The notes beneath the pieces are model-generated. The model saw only the letters and a program-made list of their open reading frames with translations, was not told the origin of the DNA and did no database searches. From contig JAENXA010000001.1 in assembly GCA_016649735.1 (NCBI GenBank), forward strand, positions 2,664 through 66,663: DNA of 64,000 bases, in the 5' to 3' direction. The position numbers and the translations under genes are program-made. This stretch comes from Prolixibacteraceae bacterium. GTDB taxonomy: Bacteria; Bacteroidota; Bacteroidia; Bacteroidales; Prolixibacteraceae. Shown one piece after another: positions 8,307 through 18,353 of this stretch; the first letter of the stretch is position 1; every line of letters begins with the position of its first letter.

Positions 8307-10586
8307 TTACTGTGCGGGTACTACAGACTCTGCCTCCTGAGTCTTTTCAACTATATTAAGGCTACTCTGTAATCCGAGTTTTTCCATATCTCTTTTGTGT
8401 TGCTGTGTAGCGAACTGCTCATCAATAGTCTTTTTAGCTTCATATAATCTTATTGCCTCATCCGTCTTAACTTTTTGCAGAGTGTTAGCTGCATCAGATT
8501 TAAGCTTAATATCTTCCTGTTCTCGTTGTTTATCCAAGTTCATGTTATCTCTCTGTAACTTCAATTGTCTTTCCTTATTCTTTTTACTCTTATGATTAAG
8601 AAATGCTTCTGCATATTTTAAACTACCACTTTCCAAAAGTCTTTCTATCATCAAAAAGTCCGGTAACTCAATTCCAATTATTCCATCCCTATCTGGAGAC
8701 ATTGCTGTAATTGCTGCCTGACGGATAACATCTTTTCGTTCCTTGGTCGGTTTTGCCTCATATTTGATGAAATAGTCCGCATCAACGGTATCTGCACCTA
8801 CGCTTATGACCTGTACACCAATAGTCCCTATCACTGGCATATATCCTGTATAGGCTTCTTTATCGTGCTTAATAAGTAATTGCAACCTGAGCGATATGTT
8901 CTTTGCGGACTTTTCTTTTATTGTCACATATCCACTGTAAATATAGCGCAATGCGTTATTAGTGGCTGCCATAGCAATCTCTGAGCCTCCTACCGACTGT
9001 TCTGGATTAGGTGTTGACGCATCAGCTATCTGACTTATACCTGTCATGTCACGAATAGCATTGGCATTGAAGTCCCATACGGCAATGAACTCAGTTAACT
9101 GTGCCCCGATGCCTCCTTCCAACTCCTGTATCGGTCTGTATCCTCCGGGTGCATTGGGTATGCCTTTATGTGTTGTGGCCTTGTAGAGTAAGTCTCCTGT
9201 CTGCGTGAGTATTTTCAACAGGTCTAATGGTTGAAGTTTATTGGCTCCAAGTGTCATGTTCTGTAATGCCGTAAATTCGATAGCAATACCTGAAGGTCTG
9301 GCTTTGGCAATAGCATTTTGTAATTTGAAATAAGCAAGTACCATCTGATGTACGTGTGTCTCTGCAAGGCTCACAAGTGATCTGAATGGCAGTTTATAAA
9401 GATGATATGATAACTCAACCTCTTTCTTTCCCGGACGTGGCACGTCATACTGTAAGCCAAAATCGTAAGGATAGTTAGTGCCTATTATCCACTTGCATTT
9501 ATAAACAACTTTTATGTCGAACTTATCAGTCTTTTTCTTCTCGGTATCATAGACAACTCCCCATTTCTCATCATACATATTCTCTGTGCCGTCAGGGGAC
9601 TTTCTTTTAGTCTTGTAGGTGCTGTTTACAGAAAACCATTCTGAATCCATAACATCAACCAGGAAGCCATCATAATTAGCAGTGTGGGTGTCCTCGTTAT
9701 AAGTATAAGAATCGAGTGGAAGTCCATATTGTTTTGCCAACATGAGCAATTCACTCTCCGGTATTTCGGGATTGAGTTTACGAAGGTCGGATATAAGTAC
9801 CTGTATGATCTCGCCTCCATATTCCATGTTCTTATGGTCGTTGTGTTTTGAGTATTGTCCTACGAAACAGGCAGGGTCAACATATCTTACTCTTACTTTT
9901 TTCGTGTACTGATCGGTATAGTCTTTTGTAGCCAAGCAGTTTATCACACAAGCATCCCTGATGATCTGTTTTTTAATCTCTTTCCAGTCAGATATATAAA
10001 ACGTGTAGTCTATACCCTGTTCAATCTCTGTCTCCTTTGCAAGTTTAAAGCCTCCTGCTCCTTCGTATAGATTCAACTCGTCCATTGACTCAGGGACATA
10101 CTCTGATGACCTGTCAATGCCCATGGATTTATCAATATAGTCAAGTGTTTCTTTGAACTTCATCCGGTACTGCATATCTAACTTTGCAGACTCTTTTTCA
10201 TCGGTGCTGGACGGGTCAACGGCTGTGGCTACTACCTGGTGATCGGTTTGTTCCATCATACCCTCGACAACACGTAAAAATTTAGGAAGGACTGAAGGTA
10301 TATCCCAATTGATATTCATGTAGCCTGTCATGGCTGCACTGGGATCGGTTATGTCGAGTAATGTTTTCTGGTATTGCTTCACATCCTGCCTGCCGTCTGC
10401 AAGCTGTCTTAATGCTGCAAACTCGCTTACACTGCTGAAAGGGATTGCACTCTTGCCCTGCCTATAACGAGCATACATGGCTTCACACCACTTCTTTCCC
10501 CATATCTCATTCTTATCATCAGGGTTTATATCATCCTTCGGGAAGGAGTACCCGCCTTTGGTGTATGCTTCGAGTGAAAATGCCAT
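8307..10586 (-). CDS. portal protein (by synteny)
   Basis: The track start is TTG, so ATG 10584-10586 is used (MAFSLEAYTKGG...). About 759 aa, directly downstream of TerL, with a charged coiled-coil C-terminus. Confidence 0.65.
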   Translation of the reverse strand: MAFSLEAYTKGGYSFPKDDINPDDKNEIWGKKWCEAMYARYRQGKSAIPFSSVSEFAALRQLADGRQDVKQYQKTLLDITDPSAAMTGYMNINWDIPSVLPKFLRVVEGMMEQTDHQVVATAVDPSSTDEKESAKLDMQYRMKFKETLDYIDKSMGIDRSSEYVPESMDELNLYEGAGGFKLAKETEIEQGIDYTFYISDWKEIKKQIIRDACVINCLATKDYTDQYTKKVRVRYVDPACFVGQYSKHNDHKNMEYGGEIIQVLISDLRKLNPEIPESELLMLAKQYGLPLDSYTYNEDTHTANYDGFLVDVMDSEWFSVNSTYKTKRKSPDGTENMYDEKWGVVYDTEKKKTDKFDIKVVYKCKWIIGTNYPYDFGLQYDVPRPGKKEVELSYHLYKLPFRSLVSLAETHVHQMVLAYFKLQNAIAKARPSGIAIEFTALQNMTLGANKLQPLDLLKILTQTGDLLYKATTHKGIPNAPGGYRPIQELEGGIGAQLTEFIAVWDFNANAIRDMTGISQIADASTPNPEQSVGGSEIAMAATNNALRYIYSGYVTIKEKSAKNISLRLQLLIKHDKEAYTGYMPVIGTIGVQVISVGADTVDADYFIKYEAKPTKERKDVIRQAAITAMSPDRDGIIGIELPDFLMIERLLESGSLKYAEAFLNHKSKKNKERQLKLQRDNMNLDKQREQEDIKLKSDAANTLQKVKTDEAIRLYEAKKTIDEQFATQQHKRDMEKLGLQSSLNIVEKTQEAESVVPAQ

Positions 10587-10610
10587 TTGTCGCAAATATT
10601 TTTATCAAAG

Positions 10611-12932
10611 TTAGTACTTTCTCATTGAACCATACTCTCTTTTTGTTAAATAACTATCAAGGGTATATGCCTTCTCGTCTATCTCCTGTGTCTCGTTATA
10701 TGAACCACAAGTACCAAGTAGTGCGTATCCCCCTGCTGTAAAGAGGTCATAATTAGTCATATCTTCCGGCCCGTCAATATCCCTGCATTCCTCTAATATT
10801 TCAATATGATTCTCTATATCAGCCTCATTTTCAATCCATGTCATGTACTCCTGAAAGATGCTCTGCTTGGTGCGATTTGCTGTGTCTCCGGGGGTGGCAC
10901 TTATCTTGAAAGTATTCGGGTCCATCTTGTAAAGTAAGAACCCTTCCCATCCCCTGTCTCTGAAATAATCCCAAAGGAACGGCACGTCTATCTCAGGAAA
11001 CATAGGTACCCCGTAATAAATGCACATCATAAGCATGTCCTCGCCATAGATATTTTTATCAAATGTCCTCTGAGCATAGGTACATGCGAACTTACGCTTC
11101 ATGGAGATGTCCCCGTCCTTAATCATACCTTTCTTTACTACGGCACCACCTCCTTTTGACTTTCTTGTGCCTTTAGTTATATTGAATTTGAACGGGTCTC
11201 CTCCTGCCACGCCCCAATGCGCATTTGCGGGCTTCCATGTTTCTTCTTCATCACTCCAGAACTTCTTATTTGATTCGAGTTCATTAAGCTGATGGCTTAG
11301 TCTAAATTTGCCCTGTGGGTTTGCAGTAAAAATAACCTTGCCATCCCTTACATTCTCTTTCCAACTCAAATTACCTACTGCGATATCCTGCTTGCTGAAA
11401 GATAGGTTATCAATATACGATTCGAGTTTATTCATATTAAACCCTGACGACTTTGCTGCGGTGCGGAAACACTCTATAAAACGTGTGGGGTATAGTCTTA
11501 TTTCCTCAGATAACGCTTCCTGCTCATCGGTAAATGCCTTACGTCTGTTTGCCAAAAACTCCCTCGCCCCTACCTCTTTTCTGACATATTCAGCTTTGTT
11601 TTTTATCAATGCGTTGATAACAACATTGCTATGCTTATCAAAAGCCTCTACCCTGTCATACGCGATGTATTCAGCCTGCTCTTTTGTCGGGGCGTTTATA
11701 ATACTCATCCCAAACTTATCAATGAATCCTTCCAAACCATCGTAAGCTGGAATGAACAATGTGGCAAGTCCTGATTTAGTCTGCCCGTTCTGTGTGCGTT
11801 GATAGTATCTGCTCATCTTACACTGATACTTAAATGAAGCACCTCCACCTTTCTCCATCTCCCCTACCGTGGATGTTTTAATAGTATATCCGATGATCTT
11901 TGCTCCAATAGAAAGACACTCTTTTACAACCGTATGCCTATCCCAACACAACAGTCCTTTTTTCAGTTTACCAACCTCATCATCATGGTGAAAGTATAAT
12001 TTGTCGCCATCATAAGCCGATGCGTCTGCCATCTCATAACTGATGCCCGATTCAAGTCCCAGTTCTGATGTGGATAACGCTCCCCGGGAAGAAAGTCTTT
12101 TTGCAGGAGGCGTAAAGGATAGTTCTGTCTTTGGTGATGTAGAACCCTCATAGTTTGGCTTAAAGAAAAATGGCAGTTTCTTCCATGGTGCTACAAGATG
12201 CCTGAGAAAACATTTACGAGCCTGTACATCATTCATGGACTGTATTCCTCCAAATGCTGACATCGTACGCGAGATGATCTCATAGTGGATACATTCGGCC
12301 TTATATGTCGCTCCCTCGCGCCTATGCTTGGGATAATTGAATCCATAAAACAATCTTCTGCCAAAATCTACCCATATATAATTTCCTTTCGCATCCCTTG
12401 TCGCAAAACCATCATTATTAACCCTTGGTGCTTTTGTTTCAGTATAGATTTTACGTGCAAATAAAAAGAATCGCCTGTCCCTGTCCCTGTAATCCGGCAG
12501 ACCTGTGTCTATCTTCCACCATGCACAATAAAAATAATGCCACCCGTCAATGAATGTGGGTATGCCGTTATTATAAAACCAATACCCGTTAAGCCTTCTG
12601 TCCCATTGTGTTTTAATAAACTCGATCTCCTCGGTATAGATGTCTTTATGATCTTCCAACTCATCCCATATCTCATCAAGGGTCTCCATCTTTATCTGAA
12701 GTTCCTTTAACCGCTTTGGAAGTTTTGGTGCATGCCATATCTGATCTTGCGCAGGCAATCCGAAATTATCTATCAGATGAGGCTCTGGGGGTATCGGCAG
12801 TTCGAGTTCAATAGGAATAAGGTCTTTATCATCGGTGTTTACCCATACACTCTTATCCGCATCCTCATACCCAGATAATATCTGAGCATCGACTTCTTTG
12901 TAATAGCGTTTTAAGAGTGCGAGATGATTCAT
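10611..12932 (-). CDS. terL: terminase large subunit
   Basis: The track start is TTG, so ATG 12930-12932 is used; it overlaps the upstream stop as ATGA. Motifs: deviant Walker A-like HRREGATYK, Walker B-like LYFHHDDE, and nuclease-domain-like WGVAGGDPF and YYGVPMFPE. Sits upstream of the portal. Confidence 0.7.
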   Translation of the reverse strand: MNHLALLKRYYKEVDAQILSGYEDADKSVWVNTDDKDLIPIELELPIPPEPHLIDNFGLPAQDQIWHAPKLPKRLKELQIKMETLDEIWDELEDHKDIYTEEIEFIKTQWDRRLNGYWFYNNGIPTFIDGWHYFYCAWWKIDTGLPDYRDRDRRFFLFARKIYTETKAPRVNNDGFATRDAKGNYIWVDFGRRLFYGFNYPKHRREGATYKAECIHYEIISRTMSAFGGIQSMNDVQARKCFLRHLVAPWKKLPFFFKPNYEGSTSPKTELSFTPPAKRLSSRGALSTSELGLESGISYEMADASAYDGDKLYFHHDDEVGKLKKGLLCWDRHTVVKECLSIGAKIIGYTIKTSTVGEMEKGGGASFKYQCKMSRYYQRTQNGQTKSGLATLFIPAYDGLEGFIDKFGMSIINAPTKEQAEYIAYDRVEAFDKHSNVVINALIKNKAEYVRKEVGAREFLANRRKAFTDEQEALSEEIRLYPTRFIECFRTAAKSSGFNMNKLESYIDNLSFSKQDIAVGNLSWKENVRDGKVIFTANPQGKFRLSHQLNELESNKKFWSDEEETWKPANAHWGVAGGDPFKFNITKGTRKSKGGGAVVKKGMIKDGDISMKRKFACTYAQRTFDKNIYGEDMLMMCIYYGVPMFPEIDVPFLWDYFRDRGWEGFLLYKMDPNTFKISATPGDTANRTKQSIFQEYMTWIENEADIENHIEILEECRDIDGPEDMTNYDLFTAGGYALLGTCGSYNETQEIDEKAYTLDSYLTKREYGSMRKY

Positions 12933-13654
12933 ATCGTAATCCAATATTTACAATTAACGTCATCTGTCTGTACTGGTAATCCGGGAAACCAATCTGCAGG
13001 AAACACTGCTTTTGCTTTTGACAACCATGCTCCCCACCAGCTGAACGTACTGTTAGAGCCTATGATATATTCGGCTTTTGTCAGTAAATAAAAATCTTCT
13101 ATCGGTGTATTGCTAACATATTCAAAATCCTCTTTTATGGTGTCTTTTGCTTTTTGCAGATCATCGGTAATCACAATAACTCTTCTGCCTGGAAAGTGTT
13201 TGAGTGCTGCCATGTAATAATCCCGACTCATGTTATTAAATCCCATAGCAAGATATTGTGGTGCGTAGTTACGACAATGAAGCAATATACAGTCCTTGTA
13301 CGGTGTTTCTCCTCGATCCTTTAGGGTGAAGTAATGCCTTATCAAATCAGTGCAATGTTCAAAATATTTTTCTGACTGCAGGTATCCCCAAATAGATGAA
13401 TTGTCCGGGATATTGAACCCTATGAAATTTCCTTCCGGTATTTCCACATTTTGATAGTTTCCCGGAATGACTGAAGGCAATGGATTGACAAAATAATCCT
13501 GATTATTCCAATATGGGAATCCATAAGGATACCCATTCTTTACAGCGATGCCTATTGTTGATGCAATGAAAAATAAGATATTACCAAAAGTATTGTCTCC
13601 CTTGGCATCTGCTTTTGGTCGGTTATTAAACCACTCGTTTCTGAATGTTATCAT
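12929..13654 (-). CDS. GT11-like glycosyltransferase (alpha-1,2-fucosyltransferase family)
   Basis: C-terminal IGSNSTFSWWGAWL matches the conserved GT11 SNS(T/S)FSWWAA(Y/W)L motif. Length of 241 aa is appropriate. Confidence 0.6.
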   Translation of the reverse strand: MITFRNEWFNNRPKADAKGDNTFGNILFFIASTIGIAVKNGYPYGFPYWNNQDYFVNPLPSVIPGNYQNVEIPEGNFIGFNIPDNSSIWGYLQSEKYFEHCTDLIRHYFTLKDRGETPYKDCILLHCRNYAPQYLAMGFNNMSRDYYMAALKHFPGRRVIVITDDLQKAKDTIKEDFEYVSNTPIEDFYLLTKAEYIIGSNSTFSWWGAWLSKAKAVFPADWFPGLPVQTDDVNCKYWITI

Positions 13655-14268
13655 GGCTTTAGATATAATGCGTCACCCCATGTCTTTGGAGTGCTATCTG
13701 TTAGTACCCTCTGAAATCCAAACTCTTTTAAAAAGTTATCCAGATCACCTACAAGACAACATCCCTTATAAACTTCCTCAAAGTTAACTTCCGTATAGAT
13801 AATATCAATAAACGGAAGCGTTTCGACTGCACCTTTGAAGACTTCCAGTTCATATCCCTGAACATCAATATTGATCATATTATAGAGATCATGTCTAATG
13901 AAAATATTGTCCAATTTTTGAACTTTTACAATTTCTTTTTTGTCGAAAATTACACCGGGATATTGATAAAGATGCGTTCCTGGTTCAAGTAACGAACAAC
14001 TCTGCCCATTATTAGCTGTCTCTACATACATTTCTTTTTCTCCGGTCATATTACCAAGCGCAATATTGAATATTCGTATATTATCATCAGTGGCTATTCT
14101 CCGATGTAACTCATCACAGCTTGCGACTATTGGCTCAAAAAACATCATGTTTTCGATACCTTGCTTTTTATAATCCTGATATTCCTCCCCATAGTGTGCT
14201 CCGATATGCAATACACCTCGTATATTCAGATTGAAGTCTTTTATTATTTTATCAAGTTTTATAAGCAT
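13651..14268 (-). CDS. FkbM-family SAM-dependent methyltransferase
   Basis: Start set at ATG 14266-14268. Motifs: HIGAHYGEEY, FFEP, NIALGNMTGEKEMYV and IDVQGYELEVFKGA, typical of Methyltransf_21/FkbM. Confidence 0.7.
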   Translation of the reverse strand: MLIKLDKIIKDFNLNIRGVLHIGAHYGEEYQDYKKQGIENMMFFEPIVASCDELHRRIATDDNIRIFNIALGNMTGEKEMYVETANNGQSCSLLEPGTHLYQYPGVIFDKKEIVKVQKLDNIFIRHDLYNMINIDVQGYELEVFKGAVETLPFIDIIYTEVNFEEVYKGCCLVGDLDNFLKEFGFQRVLTDSTPKTWGDALYLKP

Positions 14269-14777
14269 CTTGCAATAAGTATATCGTTTGGAATAAACCC
14301 ATCTTCGAGCGTAAAAATATAATTGGGGTTGATCTCCAATATTTTCTTCATCAGATCCAGTGTATCGAATCCTCTTAATTCTTTTGTCCATCCTCTTAAA
14401 TCATCAATCAGTATAGTGTGTGTCTTAATTGGATGTGCCTTTATTGCTTCTAATTCCTCTAATAACGGGGTGTTCTTCTTCCCCATTGCCGTATCTAATC
14501 CGCAAAAATGACCATCGAGCCAAAAGGCTATTGGAGTAGTAATATGTTTTATAAACTTTGGGAGTTCTTCTGCTGAGTCGCCTTGGAATAAGGTTACATC
14601 GAAATTTCCTTCAAATCGCTTTGAACATAAATAATGAAGTTCTGTGGACAATTCAAATGACACAATGTTCTTAAATCCTGCATCCAACGCCTGCTGAACA
14701 CCATCTCCGTGCCACGTTCCGGTTTCAATGAAAATAGGATTAAGATACTTCTGAAAAATTTCTTTACTTGCTGGCAT
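14259..14777 (-). CDS. class I SAM-dependent methyltransferase-like protein
   Basis: FIETGTWHGDGVQQAL resembles SAM-binding motif I, followed by an acidic strand-end (SFELS). 172 aa. Confidence 0.45.
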   Translation of the reverse strand: MPASKEIFQKYLNPIFIETGTWHGDGVQQALDAGFKNIVSFELSTELHYLCSKRFEGNFDVTLFQGDSAEELPKFIKHITTPIAFWLDGHFCGLDTAMGKKNTPLLEELEAIKAHPIKTHTILIDDLRGWTKELRGFDTLDLMKKILEINPNYIFTLEDGFIPNDILIARCL

Positions 14778-15360
14778 TTGTATAACGATTAAAGTGATTA
14801 ATAATCTGAGTGTAATCTACATTCATATTTTCAATATCCGAGAATCCTGGTCTCTGTGTTGCTACAAGAGGACTGACAATATAGCAATTAAATTTCTCCT
14901 GAACCTCTGTAAAGTAAAACACGTCAAGCGTATTTCGTTCCAATGAGTTCCTAAAAAAACGATCGCAATTATTGAGAATATAATCCACAACCCTTTCGGA
15001 ATTATAGATTATCGCATGTGCGCAATAAGCTCCTTTTAATCGAAATAGGTTTTCAGAATGTCTCTCAATTGGTCTCATTAATGTTGCTCCAAGATATAGT
15101 AAGTCCCAATTATCTGGCAATTGGCTCATTGCATTTACTACTGCTTCCCATGGACGCAATAATACACAGTCATCCTCAAATATGATAAATGGAAATTCAT
15201 TTTCTATGGCGAGTATAGTGAGTTGTGATTCGGTGCATCCCTTCCATCCGGGGTTTGTCTTAATAGCATTAAACCGTTCAACTTCAAAAGGAAATATATT
15301 CCCTTGGAACTCAGCCATTCTATCAGGTCTGCTTTCAAGATTTATTACATACGCTTTCAT
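14764..15360 (-). CDS. GT25-family glycosyltransferase
   Basis: Start at ATG 15358-15360 (ATGA overlap with the upstream stop). MKAYVINLESRPDRMAEF is the GT25 N-terminal signature, and FIIFEDDC is DXD-like. Confidence 0.65.
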   Translation of the reverse strand: MKAYVINLESRPDRMAEFQGNIFPFEVERFNAIKTNPGWKGCTESQLTILAIENEFPFIIFEDDCVLLRPWEAVVNAMSQLPDNWDLLYLGATLMRPIERHSENLFRLKGAYCAHAIIYNSERVVDYILNNCDRFFRNSLERNTLDVFYFTEVQEKFNCYIVSPLVATQRPGFSDIENMNVDYTQIINHFNRYTNASK

Positions 15361-16460
15361 AATTCTTGTGACCATTTTAAAAGTTCATTATAAGAGTGTT
15401 CGTAGGTGTAGAAAGGGGCCCCTGATTCCAGATATACACTATCACTCATGCCGTATTCCTTTGCCTTATTATAGATGCTCGTGTTCGGAAGTACCCAACA
15501 TATATTTGGACCATATTGAGTTATCCGACTTCTTAACCTATTTGCCTTTGTTTCTTCAATGTTCTTGTAGGTATCTCCGGGCAACCCTACCAGAAATAAA
15601 CTCATGGTGTTTATTCCATTGTTCTCTGCAATCTCCACACCTCTCAACATCTTTTCTACTGTGGTGTTCTTTCCCATGCGGTCAAGTGCATCCTGGCTTA
15701 AAGATTCAATGCCAAAATGTACTTTTCTGCACCCGGCACGGTATAATTCTCTTGCAAGTTCCTCGTCCATAGATTCTGCACGTCCTACGCATTGCCATTT
15801 TAATTCTCCGTCAAGTCCTGCGCATATCTCAAAGACTCTTTTCTTATTTGCGGTGAAATTGTCGTCATAGAATATCCATGTCTTAAACCCTTCTGATTTG
15901 CGTTTCTCGATCTCAAGGATAACATTGTCGGCTGATCGCATCTGATATTTATGTCCCCAAAATTCTGTTGATCCACAGAAGTTACAACGAAATGGACAAC
16001 CTCTTGATGATATTATCGGAATACCCTGTGTTCCATAGAACTTCAATCCGGTATAATCAGGAAATGGAATCTCATTGATCCCATAGAAATATTTATGCTC
16101 ACAATTACTGACTATTTTTTCGTTATTTCCCTGCACTATGTCAATGATGGCATTTTCCCCTTCTCCTATCACAACCTGATCGTATCCTATTGAAAGCATT
16201 TGCTCTGGCATTGCTGATGGGTGATGGCCACCGCATATCAGTCTCCCTTTTATCCTATCTCTTATGAGCCTTGCGTGTCTTACTGAGAAACTGTGGAATG
16301 AAACTCCGGTTATATCGTAGGTTTCGGTATCATTTATTGCGTCATGAAGGTCTTTTACTGCAACATCAACTCCCTGATCCTTTAATGCCGACTGTAAGTA
16401 AGCGATTGAAGGTGGTGGAAATTCCCCTGTCTCCCATGGATTGATTAGTAGTACTCTCAT
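15357..16460 (-). CDS. B12-binding (class B) radical SAM enzyme
   Basis: N-terminal Rossmann-like MRVLLINPWE...AYLQSALKDQGVDV fits a cobalamin-binding domain. SSRGCPFRCNFCGS is the CxxxCxxC radical SAM cluster motif. Confidence 0.8.
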   Translation of the reverse strand: MRVLLINPWETGEFPPPSIAYLQSALKDQGVDVAVKDLHDAINDTETYDITGVSFHSFSVRHARLIRDRIKGRLICGGHHPSAMPEQMLSIGYDQVVIGEGENAIIDIVQGNNEKIVSNCEHKYFYGINEIPFPDYTGLKFYGTQGIPIISSRGCPFRCNFCGSTEFWGHKYQMRSADNVILEIEKRKSEGFKTWIFYDDNFTANKKRVFEICAGLDGELKWQCVGRAESMDEELARELYRAGCRKVHFGIESLSQDALDRMGKNTTVEKMLRGVEIAENNGINTMSLFLVGLPGDTYKNIEETKANRLRSRITQYGPNICWVLPNTSIYNKAKEYGMSDSVYLESGAPFYTYEHSYNELLKWSQEL

Positions 16461-16462
16461 GG

Positions 16463-17092
16463 CTAAAAATCTATGGCTCCCGGAATGTGCGCCACATAAT
16501 ACTGTGGTGTCGGTATCTTTACAGAAGGATGAGGTAATAAATACTTCTCAATCATCGCAAAATCATGTCCGTATCCATCTCCCCAGACAATATTTAGACT
16601 TCTTTTGTGTGCAATAGAACTTGTACCTATACGTCCAAGTGTGAGTAGATTGTCTCTTTCCCTTAGGTCTGTAAACTCGGCATTATGGACGGTATAGTCG
16701 TTGTAATACACCCAATCGTATTTTTCGGTATCAAAATTATCACTGATGATCTGCAGATGATTTTCCCCAAACTTATCATCATGGTCAAGATAGCAGATCA
16801 CATCTCCCTTTGCCATTTCAATTCCTGTCTGCCTGACAATACCACTGAATGTAGGCTGTTTATTAATGTACTTGAAATGTATTTTAGAATTATTAACCCA
16901 AAGGTGAGCCCACGTGTCTTCCGCAAGTCTGTCCCCGTCTGAAACAATGATAAGTTCTGCATCTTCATAAGATTGATGAAGAAATGATTTTACAGCTCGC
17001 ATAAACTTCACTCCCGGATTTGATGCGCCCCTACTTCCTCCATAGCTCTCATATCCTCCAAGATACACTGGCATTATGACTGATATTCTCAT
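16463..17092 (-). CDS. GT2-family glycosyltransferase
   Basis: MRISVIMPVY...FLHQSYEDAELIIVSDGD and YLDHDD (DXD) are typical of the GT-A/GT2 fold. Confidence 0.7.
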   Translation of the reverse strand: MRISVIMPVYLGGYESYGGSRGASNPGVKFMRAVKSFLHQSYEDAELIIVSDGDRLAEDTWAHLWVNNSKIHFKYINKQPTFSGIVRQTGIEMAKGDVICYLDHDDKFGENHLQIISDNFDTEKYDWVYYNDYTVHNAEFTDLRERDNLLTLGRIGTSSIAHKRSLNIVWGDGYGHDFAMIEKYLLPHPSVKIPTPQYYVAHIPGAIDF

Positions 17093-17724
17093 TTGTCTTT
17101 CAGGTATTGGTCAAAGTTAAGCAGATGTCCCCATACATCACTGATTCCCTCTCTCTGGTACACAAGTCTGGGATTAAATATATAACAGGGATGCGCAGCC
17201 TGTATGTCGGTTAAGATCACATCGCCATTACGAGTTATTACCTCCGGCTTAAAGAGTTCCAGAATGAAGTTATATGCTCTCTCATGGATGCCTATTGCGT
17301 GAACGTAGTACGCACGCGTGACACGATTAATATTTTCTGTTACCGGAATAGGTCTATGGACATTTTGCCCTCCTAAGTACAGTAAATTCCAATCCTCTGG
17401 CACTTGACGTATGTACTTATCAAACAACTCCACAAAATTCTCATGAAACACCGCATCGTCCTCGAAGAATAGAAATCTTTTTAATCCAAGTTCTTTTGCC
17501 TCTTTTACTGCATTATACATGGTCTGGATTGTGCCTATAACACCTACATTGAAGTTACCGGGCTCGCATGGTAGATTATATGGGTTGCCATAGACAAGTC
17601 CCTTAAATCTCTCTGCTGCAATCCCGAATCTGGCTGTTTCTTCTGTGAATTGAGCCAATCGGTCTGTCCTGTGATCGCAATTAGTGAAAATTGCTTTGTC
17701 GAAAAAAGTATTTACTGTTATCAT
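17089..17724 (-). CDS. GT25-family glycosyltransferase (second copy)
   Basis: FTNCDHRTDRLAQF and LFFEDDAVF are parallel to the motifs of the 14764-15360 product. Confidence 0.6.
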   Translation of the reverse strand: MITVNTFFDKAIFTNCDHRTDRLAQFTEETARFGIAAERFKGLVYGNPYNLPCEPGNFNVGVIGTIQTMYNAVKEAKELGLKRFLFFEDDAVFHENFVELFDKYIRQVPEDWNLLYLGGQNVHRPIPVTENINRVTRAYYVHAIGIHERAYNFILELFKPEVITRNGDVILTDIQAAHPCYIFNPRLVYQREGISDVWGHLLNFDQYLKDK

Positions 17725-17732
17725 ATCGTATT

Positions 17733-18353
17733 TTATTTCTCTTTTCCTTCCTGTGCTTTTTTTGCGTAGTCCTCTGGGCGTAATGCAAGGCGCTCATCTT
17801 CCAAATACCTCAGCATTTCGTCTTTTAGGTGTGGATTATTGTCCTCATTTAAGAGTTCCATGAGATTACTTTCAAGTTCATCCCTGAGTTCTCCAAGTTT
17901 TGTGATGCTTTTCGTGTCTCCTGCCTGTATTGCGAGCATGAGGTTGAAATAAGCGGCTTCAACGCTTATCTGATACGCATATTTGTATGACCTATGGAGT
18001 ATTGCATACTGAACTATCTTCTGATTCACGACACGATTCTTCCCTTTGAGAAAATCTTCAACAACACTTTCAAATATACCGCCTTCTTGTATCGGAAACT
18101 CGCAATCATGGGCAACTTCAATCTTTCTCTTTAAAACATCACTGTATTTTTTACGATAAGGTGAGTTCATGTCGTACATACACAAAACATACTGTATGAC
18201 CTTGTTATTATCAAGGGATTCACCTGGATTCAGACGAAACTCTTTTATCTTCCCAAGGTCTTTGTAGAATTTTAGAATGTCTGTACCCTTCGGCACTCGT
18301 GTCGGGTCAAATCGCATCTGTGCGTACTCTTTGGGATGAAAGGATGGATTCAT
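17733..18353 (-). CDS. hypothetical protein
   Basis: 206-aa ATG ORF, tightly packed. No motif recognised. Confidence 0.5.
   Translation of the reverse strand: MNPSFHPKEYAQMRFDPTRVPKGTDILKFYKDLGKIKEFRLNPGESLDNNKVIQYVLCMYDMNSPYRKKYSDVLKRKIEVAHDCEFPIQEGGIFESVVEDFLKGKNRVVNQKIVQYAILHRSYKYAYQISVEAAYFNLMLAIQAGDTKSITKLGELRDELESNLMELLNEDNNPHLKDEMLRYLEDERLALRPEDYAKKAQEGKEK

Noticed and set aside
10587-10595. N-terminal extensions in the ORF track that start at TTG or GTG. This affects the portal, TerL and the genes listed in the track as 3453-4115, 4655-5626, 23329-23562, 33480-33923, 35108-35542, 38871-39254, 43832-44647 and 47518-47901.
   Set aside because: In each case an ATG a few codons downstream gives tighter gene packing, often an ATGA or TAATG overlap with the upstream stop, or begins a recognisable signal peptide or conserved N-terminus.
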